The notes under the pieces: generated by a model
Told to the model about the DNA's origin: nothing
The model's database searches: none
The model's input: only the letters and a program-made list of their open reading frames with translations
Position numbers and translations under genes: made by a program
Part shown: piece by piece, positions 25,411 to 36,189 of the stretch
Position numbering within the stretch: position 1 is the first letter of the stretch
Layout of the letters: each line of letters opens with the position of its first letter
Assembly: GCF_006345805.1 (NCBI RefSeq)
Contig: NC_043002.1
Span: forward strand, 56,668,001-56,732,000
Direction: 5' to 3'
Source of the DNA: Octopus sinensis
Taxonomy: Eukaryota
Length of the DNA stretch: 64,000 nt

Positions 25411-25456
25411 GATACCTGATGAAGGCTGGAAGGTATATCAGCAGGAACGTTGTGTT
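25411..25456 (+). ncRNA. Minimal hammerhead ribozyme motif (GAAA changed to GGAA)
   Basis: gatac CTGATGA a ggctg-gaaggtatat-cagca ggaac gtt gtgtt. Confidence 0.55.
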
Positions 25457-26062
25457 AACAACAAACAAGATGAGGACAAATATCTGTCAAATGTAAATAA
25501 TGTAGAGTATTCCTCATCTCTTAAATATAGAACTGTATTGTTTGTTCTGGTTTTGTTGAAAGGTAGTTGTAGAAACATCTGAGCAACTTCAGAAACAATA
25601 ACATAAAAGTTACACAGAATATAAACAATATTTTATAGGAGGACTAAAGGTCTTTTCCTTTTGTACAGCTTCTTCACATATCAATTATCATGGTTTTCTT
25701 GAAAATTTTATTCATTTTGAAGGTCAACAAATTTTTTAAATACCTTTATTTTTCAATGATAATGTTTTTGTCCCCAACTTATCTGTTTTCTTTTTACTTC
25801 CTCCTCCCTTGAAAGTTTGTTTACACAAACACCAGGTAAATCATCAATTATCATTGACAATCATCATCACCAAGACAAGGTGAAACCTGGTGGGAGTTCC
25901 TAAATTTAAATCCCTTCTTGACTAAGCAACCAAGCTTACCTTCTCTCTATTGTTTTGCCATTTGTGCAGAATATACCTCATTGAAGAGGTGTAAATTATG
26001 ACTGAAACATATTCATTGGTTCTTACCTACTGCATTTTCTATATTTTCAAAAAAATTTCAGT

Positions 26063-26505
26063 TAATTGCTCTCAACTATGGTCACCATACAGTGTTAAAG
26101 TAACTGTGGATCTCAAAACAATCCAGTGAAGCTACAGGTCAGCTGGTCGGGAAAGTCTGTATAAGTTAAGACTCTTCTTCCAAGAATGAAGGCAGGAAAG
26201 ATATACCTGTAGCAAATTTTGACATTGAAAGTTACACAAACACCACTGCAGTGTTAAAGATCCCAACATCGCCATCAGAATACAGGACCAGATATTGTAA
26301 CAGCTTAAGTTTCAAAGGCCCACAGCTCTTCAATATCCCCTTGAAAAGCCTGAGAGATCAACACAGAGTGGGTGTAGGTACCTCATCAAAACGAAACTGG
26401 ATGTCCCTCTGTCATGAGTTCCAGATCAACCTGTCTTGCAGCAGGAAAGGCAAATGAGGGTAGCAACATCAAACTGCCTCCATACACCAAATGCCACATA
26501 TCAGA
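26063..26505 (+). mobile_element. CR1-clade LINE 3' fragment (ORF2 C-terminus)
   Basis: CSQLWSPYSVKVTVDLKTIQ*SY, LYKLRLFFQE*RQERY and RYCNSLSFKGPQLFNIPLKSLRD, with frameshifts and deletions. Confidence 0.8.
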
Positions 26506-28199
26506 AGTTTCACAGTGTTGCTGCAGTGTGGCTGCAGCACTCGAGCAGAAACTAGTGAAAGAGTATTTCAGTTTTTTTTATTTTAATACCTCCAAAGGAT
26601 CTTTTTGTCTGTGAAATTCACAAATAATCCCAGTTTCCACCTTACTACATTACATGCCTGAAACCTTACTGTACTCTATATACGTGAATTCTCTGTTTTG
26701 ATCAGTTGAAATTGTATTTGAACAGGTCTTAGGGAGGGGGAGAGAGAGAGAGAGTCACTATGATTTGTTTTCCATTCCACTTGAAGAATGGCAAAATAAA
26801 ATAAAATGAATACTCAAACAGGCTTCAGAGCCAAGGGCACCTCTACGTATCTATTTGATATGTTAGAAATAGTAACCAAATCTGCTTCAGATCACACTCT
26901 TACAGTCTTTAATGAAGGTAACTGGGAGGAAAAGTAGACAAAATGTATTCCTACAGATCCTGTCTGAATAAAGAGAGGATTGTCATGGCTGGAATGGTTT
27001 TGATCATAGATAGATCTGCTCAATGAACGTTGATCTGGGGGTTAAATAACTACAATAGAGACTTTTTTTTGTTTTTCATTTTCTATCTCCTAATTATATT
27101 CTCTCTGTATGTAATTCTTGCAAATAACGTTAAAAGAAAAATTGGCAACAGATAAATAATCTCCTTGTTGAAATTCCATCATTTCTTGACCAATATAATT
27201 TTCTTTCCTTCTCAAACTTTCTTTACATACATGACATTAGAGGGGGGTGGGCGGTTCTTGGCATGTTTACAAACACATCGACAATGGTGGTGGTTCCACT
27301 GCTGCTGCTACTACAGGCATCACCATTCTCTACTGTTCCTACTGCTGGTACCAAAACCAGTTCCCTTGTGGGTGTGCCATAATGTATATAGCATATGAAT
27401 TAGTATAATGCTCTTGGGTAAAAGCATTAATGCCACAGCTGCACCCATCTAATTTAACAGCAGGAAATTAGTCAGTATAGAAACTCTGTTGAAAATGAAA
27501 TGGTAGTCTTTGGTACCTCTTAGATTGGTTTTTGACTTGCATCTCTCTTGTTGCATGGGTCAGATGGAATTTGTTGAGGTACATCTTCTATGGTCAAATG
27601 CCTTACCCCCTCACCAGCCCTCACTGGTTTCCAAGTGATAATTCTTTTATGGCTGGACATGTTTTCATGGAAGAGAAGAAATGAATGACATATTCATAAG
27701 TTGTTTATTTCCAGCTATTGCATAATGTCATGACTTGGACACAAGGATTCACACATGCATGCACATATGTACGTGCGCATACGTATGTGCATGTATATAA
27801 ATATCATAATTCAATGTCCATTTTCCATGCTGGTGTGGGTTGGACAGTTTGACAGGAGCTGACAAGCTGGGGGGCAGTACCAAGCTCCACTTGCTGTTTT
27901 TTTGCATGGTTTCTATGGCTTGATGCCCTTCTTAATGCCAGCCACTTTACAATGTACTGTATGCTACTTACATGGCACATGTGCGCGCGTATGCACACAC
28001 ACACGATGGGCTTATTTCAGTTTCTATCTGAAAAAGTCAGAAAATCACAATTCCTGCTTTTCTTCTTCATTGAAGTCAGTAAGAATGGTAGTATGACTTT
28101 GTCATACCAGTCTATGGGATGAATGTGTATATTTTCTCTTTATTCTTAATGTCAAATAAAACATATGAAGAAATACTGATAATGGCAATAACACTATGT

Positions 28200-28680
28200 T
28201 TGTTGTAATAATAATATTATTATTATTAATATTATTATTAGCTGTCAGGATCATTAATGCGCCAGGCAAAATGCTTAGTGGCATTTTTGCACTGGGCAAA
28301 ATGCTTGTGGCGGCAAAATGAATGTGGCATTTTGCCCATCTTCACATTTTGAGTTTGAATGCTGCCGAGTGGACTTTGCCGTTCATCCTTTCAGGGTCAA
28401 TAAAATAAGTACCAGTTGAGCCCTAGGGTCAATGTAAGTGACTCATTCCCTTGTACGTATAGTAGAAAGGATTATTTATCATCATTCAGGTGAAAAGCTG
28501 GCAGAATTGTTAGAATATAAACCCAGAAGAAATGCCACTAGCTTGAAATTCTGCTGAGGCCTTCTCTGCCTTTCTTTTGAGGTCAATGAAAGAAGCACCA
28601 TTTGAATGATGGGTTGGTTTAATTAACACTCCTTCTCTAAAATTTCAGGCCTTGTGCCTCTTGTAGAAAGGATTATTTTT
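28200..28680 (+). mobile_element. Tandem SINE B copies next to (AAT/ATT)n
   Basis: ggcaaaatgcttagtgg..gactttgccgttcatcctttcagggtcaataaaataagtaccagttg, and a second copy ending gtagaaaggattatt. Confidence 0.75.
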
Positions 28681-30185
28681 ATCATCAAAATTTAACTTCC
28701 CTCCTTATAATATCTAAAATTGCAATATTTTAAAATCGAAAGTAAAAATAATGAATTTTAATATTTAAAAAAATTACATATAAGCTCTCTTTGAAGAAAT
28801 TAATGATAACATTAAATTTTAATAATTATTTTAATGCCTTCATTACTGCAAAGAAATCAATATCAAGAAGTTTGAAATATCAATCACTAATGAAAAATTA
28901 GTTAATAAGTTGGAATTGTTTATCTGTAATATCTTATAATTTAGCTTTGGGTAGTTAATTAGATTGCAATTAAATCGAAACTTGTGCTCCATTAAGATAG
29001 TTCCTTAAAAGGTTAAAACCTGTGGAAAAGTTCAAGTCTTTCCAGATGGAAGCTACACCAAACAGAATTTAATGCAGAAAGTCTTTTACTACATATTTAC
29101 TGTCACCATTAATTTGGTGGTTTCCCATTTTTCTTTTTAGTCTGTGGTTCAGAAGCCATTTCAAAGCTACATGTTTTTGAATATAATGGCAAATATACTC
29201 TCAAGATTATTATTTTTTTTTGTTCTCTTTATTTTTGGTGAACATTTTATTAAAAAAAAAAGGTGTACTTAGCAGCAGTGGAGGTTTATATTTTTGGTTG
29301 CAAAATTTTCTGTTTTTGTCTTTCACTACAACTTCGTGAACTTTCAAAAGAAGTTAGACATCATTCATTATTTCCATCTTACTTTCAATAAATGTCTTCT
29401 TTCTGTTTTCTTCTTTCGCAATATTTTTCATTTAGTCTTCAGTACTGACATACATGGGCTCCTTAATGAAATTTAAATACTTTCATAATGGCAACATAGC
29501 ACCATAAGGTAAACCCTGTAGTCATCATCATCATAACTTCCACTTTCTTATGCTTGCATGGGTCAGTTTATTGAGGCAGGTTTTCTGTAGCTGGATGCCC
29601 TTCTTTTTTCCAACTAGGGTAAATATTTTTCCATGGCCAGACATGTTTTCACAGGATGTTGGAAATGAATAACAAGGCTTGTGTGACATTGAAATTCAGT
29701 TACAGCTACCATGCAACATCAAGATAAAGGTTTCTCTCTCTCTTTCACACACACACACACACACACACCACACACGATTGCCTTCTTCCACTTTCCATCC
29801 ACTCACAAAATTTTGGTTGGCTTGGAATTATAGTAGTAGCCACTTGGCAAAGGTGCCACATGATGGGACTGAACCATGTAGTTCGGAAGCAAGTTTCTTA
29901 CTACACAGTCATGCCTGTATCTGGTGTTGTGTTGATTCTTTTGTTACCATCTTTCTGTTGAAATGCACTGCCCTTGTTTGTATACATTTTGAAAATGATA
30001 AAGAATTTAGTAAAATAACTTTGCCATTATTTATGTTAGTGTTTAGAATATAAATTAACATGGAAGTTTGTGTCCTGGAACTAAGAGGTGGTCTCTGACG
30101 GTTAAATATTATCATTGTGTATTTTCTTAGCTTATCACTTTCTGTGTTGTGTTCACCTAACCAGGCTGGCATAGTTCAGTCATAT

Positions 30186-30201
30186 TTAACTCTTTAGCAT
30201 T

Positions 30202-30239
<38 letters not shown>

Positions 30240-30677
30240 ATGTGATGCTTATTGTATTCACATTGTTTGGAATTAATCAGGCATTATGTCACAGCTTTGA
30301 GATTTCAATGATGTGAATGTTTACTTTTAGAATGACATTGTAGGGTTGGTATGAGAGGCTGGATCTGGCCAATTTCAACATAAAACAGTTGGGATATCTG
30401 GGCTGGATATGGCTGGTATAAATATTAAATTATTGAATTTTTATTGCTGGTTCCTAGGAAGGACTCGATACTTTTGGAACGGTATTCCTTATAGGTGTTT
30501 GGCCTAGAGGTTAGCGTGTTGCACTCATGATCGCAAAATTGTGGTTTCATTCCCCAGATCAGGAATCTAAACCGGCATAGAGAGCCCAACTATTCTACTT
30601 GTTTTGTCGCCAGCTTCAACTTGAAACAAGTAGAGTATTTGGGCCGGATATGGCCAGTTTAAATGCTAAAGGGTTAA
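30186..30677 (+). mobile_element. Composite of P1 MITE + linker with SINE head + second P1 end
   Basis: ttaactctttagcatt at the left, aatgctaaagggttaa at the right. The linker 30441-30573 is homologous to 57142-57276. Confidence 0.7.
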
Positions 30678-31652
30678 AGATTTATGTATACCAATGGCAA
30701 GGTTTGGTCACTGGTTGTTCTTTCCAAAATTAACACAAGTAATAATTAGTTTCTCACTCACAGAAATCCAATAACAATGAATTTTGTCTTGAATTGTAGT
30801 CGTCATTTTACCATTTATAAATGTTGCTCTGCTTGATTTCCTTTCTATTTAATATCAAACGTACAAAAATACTGTCATAATTTTCAATGTATTAGTTCCA
30901 AGTAAGTGTATTATGGTTTTGTTATTTGTCCCTAACCACCACCATTATAATTCCAGAAATGATGCTGTTGGCTGCACACCAGTAGTGGAACTGGTTCTTT
31001 GGCTTTTAAGTCAACTGCTCAGTTAACAATGAAAATCTCGTATTTTATTGGCCTTTGATAATCAATAATCTCGGACATAATTATGATAATTAAAATTCCT
31101 GTCTCTGTTTTTGCATGTTAATCTATTTCCTTTCTTGCTGCTACAAGAACTGGAGAAGGGAATTATTACATATAATGGAGTATCTCTGACCTAAAATGTA
31201 GCTAAATGAGAATTAGAAATTATATTTACAAGAATTGACATCAATGTACTTCTTGTTGAATGTTAGCACTGATAGGGAAAAAAAAAAATACAAATATACT
31301 ATTTTTAGTACTTACCAAACAACCTTTTCTTTCGAGCTTAGATTATAGTTTACACTTGATGCACTTTGTCCATCTATACTTCTATTTTCAGTTTGGGACT
31401 TCATTTTTTTCCTCACACCCTCCAACCAGAATATTCCTTAACTTTGTCAGTTAATGCTCCAATGTCATCAATAACTGGTCAATCATAACTCTTCTCTGTC
31501 GTCATCATCATCACCATTTAGTGTCAGTTCTCCATGCTGGCATGGCTTGGACAGTTTGAGGGAGCCGGCAAGTCGGAGAGTTGCACCAAGCTCCAATTAC
31601 CTGTTTTTGCATGGTTTCTACAGCTGGTTGCCCTTCCTAATGGTAACGACTT

Positions 31653-32011
31653 GGTATTTTTTTGGTTATCTCACCCCCATTAAAAAAATTGGGTTATCTC
31701 TCCCCGTTTTATGAAAAATATCAGTACTTTTGGTTATTCCCCCCAACTAAAACAATTTGTTTATCCCTCAATAAAAAAAAAAAAAAAAAATTAATAAACA
31801 GCAAAACTGAAAAGATTAAGCATCTTCTTGAATCTGTTAATATTCTTATAATAAATTATATCATTCCTGTTGAGGAGGTCAAACGTTAACAATGTGTTGA
31901 AGTATTGAATCAAAAGGAACTAAATCCAATCTCTTGTCACCACATAAACTCAATTTTTTTAGTGGGAAGGTAACCCACTTTTTTAATGGGGTGAGATAAC
32001 CAAAAGATACC
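31653..32011. mobile_element. MITE with GG termini and 8-bp TSD (Merlin-like, tentative), inserted into an RTE tail
   Basis: ~45-bp TIRs ggtatttttttggttatctcacccccattaaaaaaattgggtta and taacccacttttttaatggggtgagataaccaaaagatacc. TSD aacgactt / aatgactt. The RTE fragment 31500-32055 continues on both sides. Confidence 0.85.
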
Positions 32012-32407
32012 AATGACTTTATGGAGTGTACTGGATATTTTTTACATGGCACCAGTAGTATTAGTTATGATACAATGGATAACTTTGGAAGTATACTTTT
32101 ATCATTGAGTGGTAACATCAGCAACTATGGCATACATACAGACAATAATTATAATTTAACTTGCAGCAAATTTCTTAGTGTTTATACGAAATGATGAAAT
32201 GAATGCTAATTTTCAAAAGAAAAATATTTGTTTCCTTAAAGTAAGATTAAATAAAACAAATTTCTTAATAAATATATGTTGTTTTTTTTCTAATATTTAT
32301 AAGCAGCCTAATCCATCAAAAACACATTTCTGTAAAAATTACATAAAAAATTTGTGTATTCAGAAAGAGAAAGTTATAAGATACTCTTCCTGCACCTTCT
32401 TACTTCA

Positions 32408-32408
32408 A

Positions 32409-32475
<67 letters not shown>

Positions 32476-32476
32476 G
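32408..32476. repeat. (CT)n microsatellite
   Basis: Direct observation. Confidence 0.95.
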
Positions 32477-33634
32477 TTTAACTCTCTTTCCTCCTCTCTC
32501 TGTGATGTAATGCGTGACTAGAAAATAAACCAACCAACATTTATATTGGTTATTATTATAATATGGAGCTAACATGTCTGATAGAATAAATCTCTGATCC
32601 AGAGAGAAATTCAAGAGTTGTTTATTATTTTTTTTTTTTGTTTGATAGCCATCACTCCTTTGTAGAATATTTCGCTGTGCTATATTAACATCTCCAGCAG
32701 TTTACAAATAGTTTTTCTATGCTTTTTTACTAAAAGCAACATTGAGAAAGAAAAAAAAAAAACAAAAAAATCTATAAGGCCAGACAAATATTTGATGAGA
32801 AACTTAGCCAATCTGTCATTTTATTTAGTTTGGTTAATTTGTCAAACAATTTTTTTGTGTATTCAATGTCACTTTTTGTTGTTTTTTTTGCATCATTCAG
32901 TTAGTCTTTTTTTTTTTTAAACTTTGATTACACTGCTTCTCAGTTTTCAATAATTATTTCTTTAAAATTTGATATTTTTGCTATTCTTATAAAAAAAAAA
33001 CTACACTGTTGTTGTTATAACCGCTTCAAATGTTTCTGATTTCTGTTGTGGAAAAAAATGGATGTTAAAGCAATAATAATTTCAATTGATTACAGACAAA
33101 TTCAATTTGGTGCCACAGTGCTGCACCTTGGACAAGTGTCTTTTTACCATAGACTTGGGAGTGGATTTGGTAAACGGAAACTGGAAGAAGCCTGTCATGT
33201 ATATGTATACGTGTACCTTTGTTTTGACATCATGTGATTGATGGTTGTAGTCTTCATTATGAAACATGTTTAGCCATGGGGGAAATATTAACTTTGTATG
33301 GAAACAGGTATGGGTTGGTGGCAGGAAAGACATCTGGCTGTTGAAAGACTGCTTCAACGAATTTCATCTGACTCTTGCAAACATGGAATAGTGGACTTTA
33401 AATGATGATGAGGATTTTACTAAATTCTTCATCATTTTCGAAATTAATTGAAAGGAGACAATATATTTTAGTGGAAATATGATAACAAAAAATTTATTTT
33501 ATTCCCATCTTCTAATATCAAATACAGTTTCCTCAAAATTCTGTTCAGAAATCTTTTTTCAAAATATTTCTATCATAAGATATTTTCTTTTTACATATAT
33601 ATATATATATATGTATTTTTATTTTCCATTTCAG

Positions 33635-33739
33635 ATATGCCTTTATATGGATTATGTCCAACGAAGGATGAGCTTTACCTGGTCGTATGTGATACATGTC
33701 ACCTTGTCATCAAACCACAGGCCTTCTCAAGACATTGCG
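33635..33739 (+). CDS. ATXN7: Internal coding exon (105 bp, phase 1/1) of an ataxin-7 family gene (ATXN7/ATXN7L, Sgf73 homolog), N-terminal zinc finger of the SAGA DUB module
   Basis: Acceptor atgtatttttattttccatttcag (33611-33634) and donor G|gtaagt (33740). Translation is (D)MPLYGLCPTKDELYLVVCDTCHLVIKPQAFSRHC, matching from memory the ataxin-7 motif [35 protein letters not shown]. The frame differs from the 33479..33814 ORF in the track. Confidence 0.93.
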
Positions 33740-33825
33740 GTAAGTCCTTTTTCAGCTTCCCTCTTGCCGTTTCTATCTCTCTCCCTAAAAAAGCATTTAG
33801 TGTTTATTGATTGATAGATATTCTC

Positions 33826-33856
<31 letters not shown>

Positions 33857-34771
33857 CCCCACTTCCTGTGTATTTATTTTTACTTCATAAGAGTACAAGT
33901 TTAAAAATTAGGGATCCCTACTATTCTCCAAAGACAACAGCAGCAGATGGGTATTCCCCCCTCCCTGCTCCCTAGAGAGAGAACATTCCAGGTCCCTACC
34001 CGAATAGGCCTCCTCAAGTTAAACTGAGTTTTTTCACTCCTAACAGATTAACACCTTTGTACCATTCAGGTGACAACCATCCAACCCCATCCTGTTGTCC
34101 AGGCACCCCCCTCCATTGGTGGATGAGGGTTCCTGATGGATTTGACCCAGTCACTGCATACAACATTTTGTAGAAGGTATCTCACAGAGAATGGAGACTG
34201 ACTGGGACTCTGCTTGATGGGTCGCTCTGGGAGGACCTGGGACAATGGTGAATGCCCCCATGCCTGATCTGTTAATGTTTGGTAAAGATTTTCTGAAATT
34301 AGGTTTTTTTGACATTATTACATTTTAAGATTTCACATGATAAGTAATATTATTAGCTGCACTTGTTTAAAGGATGATATCAGTATTACATAGAAGCAGA
34401 GGCTAAATATTTCAACGGGTGGCATCAATTTGCTAAGTTGGATTAGTACAGATTAGTTAGACTAATGTTGAATGCATCGGGTTTCTATAATTTAATTAAT
34501 TCTTTCTTGTGCTTATACTTCTTCGAAATATGAGGAAGAATTTGAATGCAGTGTGTGTGTGTGTGTATTTATGTGTATAATTTTACATATAATGAGCGTG
34601 ATAAAACTATATCTGTATGTAACCAAAACTCAAAGCAACTTTTTGGGTCAATGATAAATTTAATATATTTTAATGTAACTGTTTTACAGTTACATATTTA
34701 AGAGATGAGGAATTATATACATTATTTAAATCATTTACATTTGATGGATATTTGTCCTCATCTTGTTTGTT

Positions 34772-34817
34772 AACACAACGTTTCGGCTGATATACCCTCC
34801 AGCTTCCATCAGGTGTC
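34772..34817 (-). ncRNA. Minimal hammerhead ribozyme motif
   Basis: Minus strand reads gacac ctgatgg a agctg-gagggtatat-cagcc GAAAC GTT gtgtt. CUGAUGA is changed to CUGAUGG. Confidence 0.6.
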
Positions 34818-35062
34818 TTGGGGGAAATTTCGAACCTGGGTTCTCATTCCTAAGGTATTTTCCGTTGTTGTTGTTGCTGCTGTTGTTGTTGTTCAGGGCA
34901 CTGCCATATGCCCGTGTGCATATAGTATAGTGGTTAAGAGCACAGGCTACTAACCCCAAGATTCCGAGTTTGATTCCAGGCAGTGACCTTAATAATAATA
35001 ATAATAATGATAATATCGAAAAATACCTTGGGAATGAGAACCCAGGTTCAAAATTTCCCCAA

Positions 35063-35108
35063 GACACCTGATGAAGGCTGGAGGGTATATCAGCCAAAAC
35101 ATTGTGTT
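35063..35108 (+). ncRNA. Minimal type I hammerhead ribozyme motif (core mutated by CpG-type changes)
   Basis: gacac CTGATGA a ggctg-gagggtatat-cagcc aaaac att gtgtt. Stem I gacac/gtgtt and stem II ggctg/cagcc are present; the consensus GAAACGTT reads AAAACATT here. Confidence 0.65.
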
Positions 35109-36189
35109 AACAACAAACAAGGTGAGGACCAATATCCGTCAAATGTAATTAATGTAACTGTTTTATTCTTCAATTTGTCTATCATCTTTGCTCAAAACAC
35201 ACAGCTGAGTTTTTCCAAATCATGTTCACTATGATCACCTCTTCCCCTATTTACTGTTACCATCTTTAAATGTAGGTTCTCATCATTGTCACTCCAACTC
35301 TCCAGTATTTCTCATGTTAAATTGAAGGATTACTCAATACATTTAGTTAAGTATAAACTATTCTTTTACAAGAAAAGTATTACTAGTGACTTCAAAGTTT
35401 TGGCCAGTTATCATCAAACTGTAGATAAAGAAAACTTCCAATTTTGATTTTTTTTTTTGGTCATATTTGGAATGTTCAGGAATATACGGCTTAATCTGTT
35501 ACTGCCAATTATATTTATGTTTACATAATTTATTTCTCTCTGTAACAATTAAAACTTAATATATAATGTAGATTATTCTATTGATCTCATGCTTCTCTCT
35601 GTTCTTTTTTTTTTTCTTTTGTTTACAAGTTGTGTTTTTATTCCCTAATTTACTTCTGCTTTGCTATTTCTGCTTACACCAAAATCTTTATTGCAAATAG
35701 CATCATTGTTACAGCAGTTTAAATAAACACTTTCTTAAAGATAACCATATTGACCAGAAGAGGGTTTAACAAGTTCTCATTGCTCTATAAATTTTGTCCA
35801 TAATAAAAACACCATCCCATATAAGGTCACATAGATTATATGTATAGGCTTATTTCATTGTTACTTTCCTTTCTAATCAAACAAAGCATGAAGGCAGAAA
35901 AAAAAGCCTCTCAAATTCACCATTCTTAATAAACATCTCAACAGCAAATTCACTGCATACCCTGGTTTAATCCATAAAGGTGGACAGTGGGGAAGGTATA
36001 ATACTAATTACATGAAGACATCATTACCACCTGCCTAATTTCATTAGTGCTACACCAAAATATGAGAGATTTTCCTGTCACACACTGTAGCTTACGACAG
36101 GTTTATCAAATCACCTTTATCAACCCCTCTGTAATGACAAGAGATGATTCATTATCATTTGTTTTGGATATATTTTATCATTCACTTAG

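Larger units (their letters stand above)
25049..25537. mobile_element. Palindromic tRNA-headed element with Penelope-type hammerhead motifs, copy 1
   Basis: Arms are inverted about 25263/25264. A box tggcatagtgg (25272-25282), B box gtttgatttc (25317-25326), (AAT)n, then ctgatga..g(g)aacgtt. Flanked by ttgtttgttt (25039-25048) and ttgtttgttc (25538-25547). Confidence 0.85.
34685..35156. mobile_element. Palindromic tRNA-headed element with Penelope-type hammerhead motifs, copy 2 (opposite orientation)
   Basis: Same sequence family as 25049-25537, centred near 34914. The left arm has lost most of its tRNA head. Direct repeat taatgtaactgtttta at 34671-34686 and 35150-35165. Confidence 0.85.

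Noticed and set aside
32495-32610. C/D snoRNA-like layout (gtgatgt..ctga with tctctctg/cagagaga stem)
   Set aside because: Box C is imperfect, the stem derives from CT/GA low complexity, and I could not identify an rRNA/snRNA guide.
33479-33814. 111-aa ORF overlapping the exon
   Set aside because: Wrong frame; the ataxin-7-like peptide is in another frame bounded by splice sites.
34735-35234. ORFs on both strands that resemble 25039-25582
   Set aside because: By-products of the palindromic repeat; frames are not conserved between copies.
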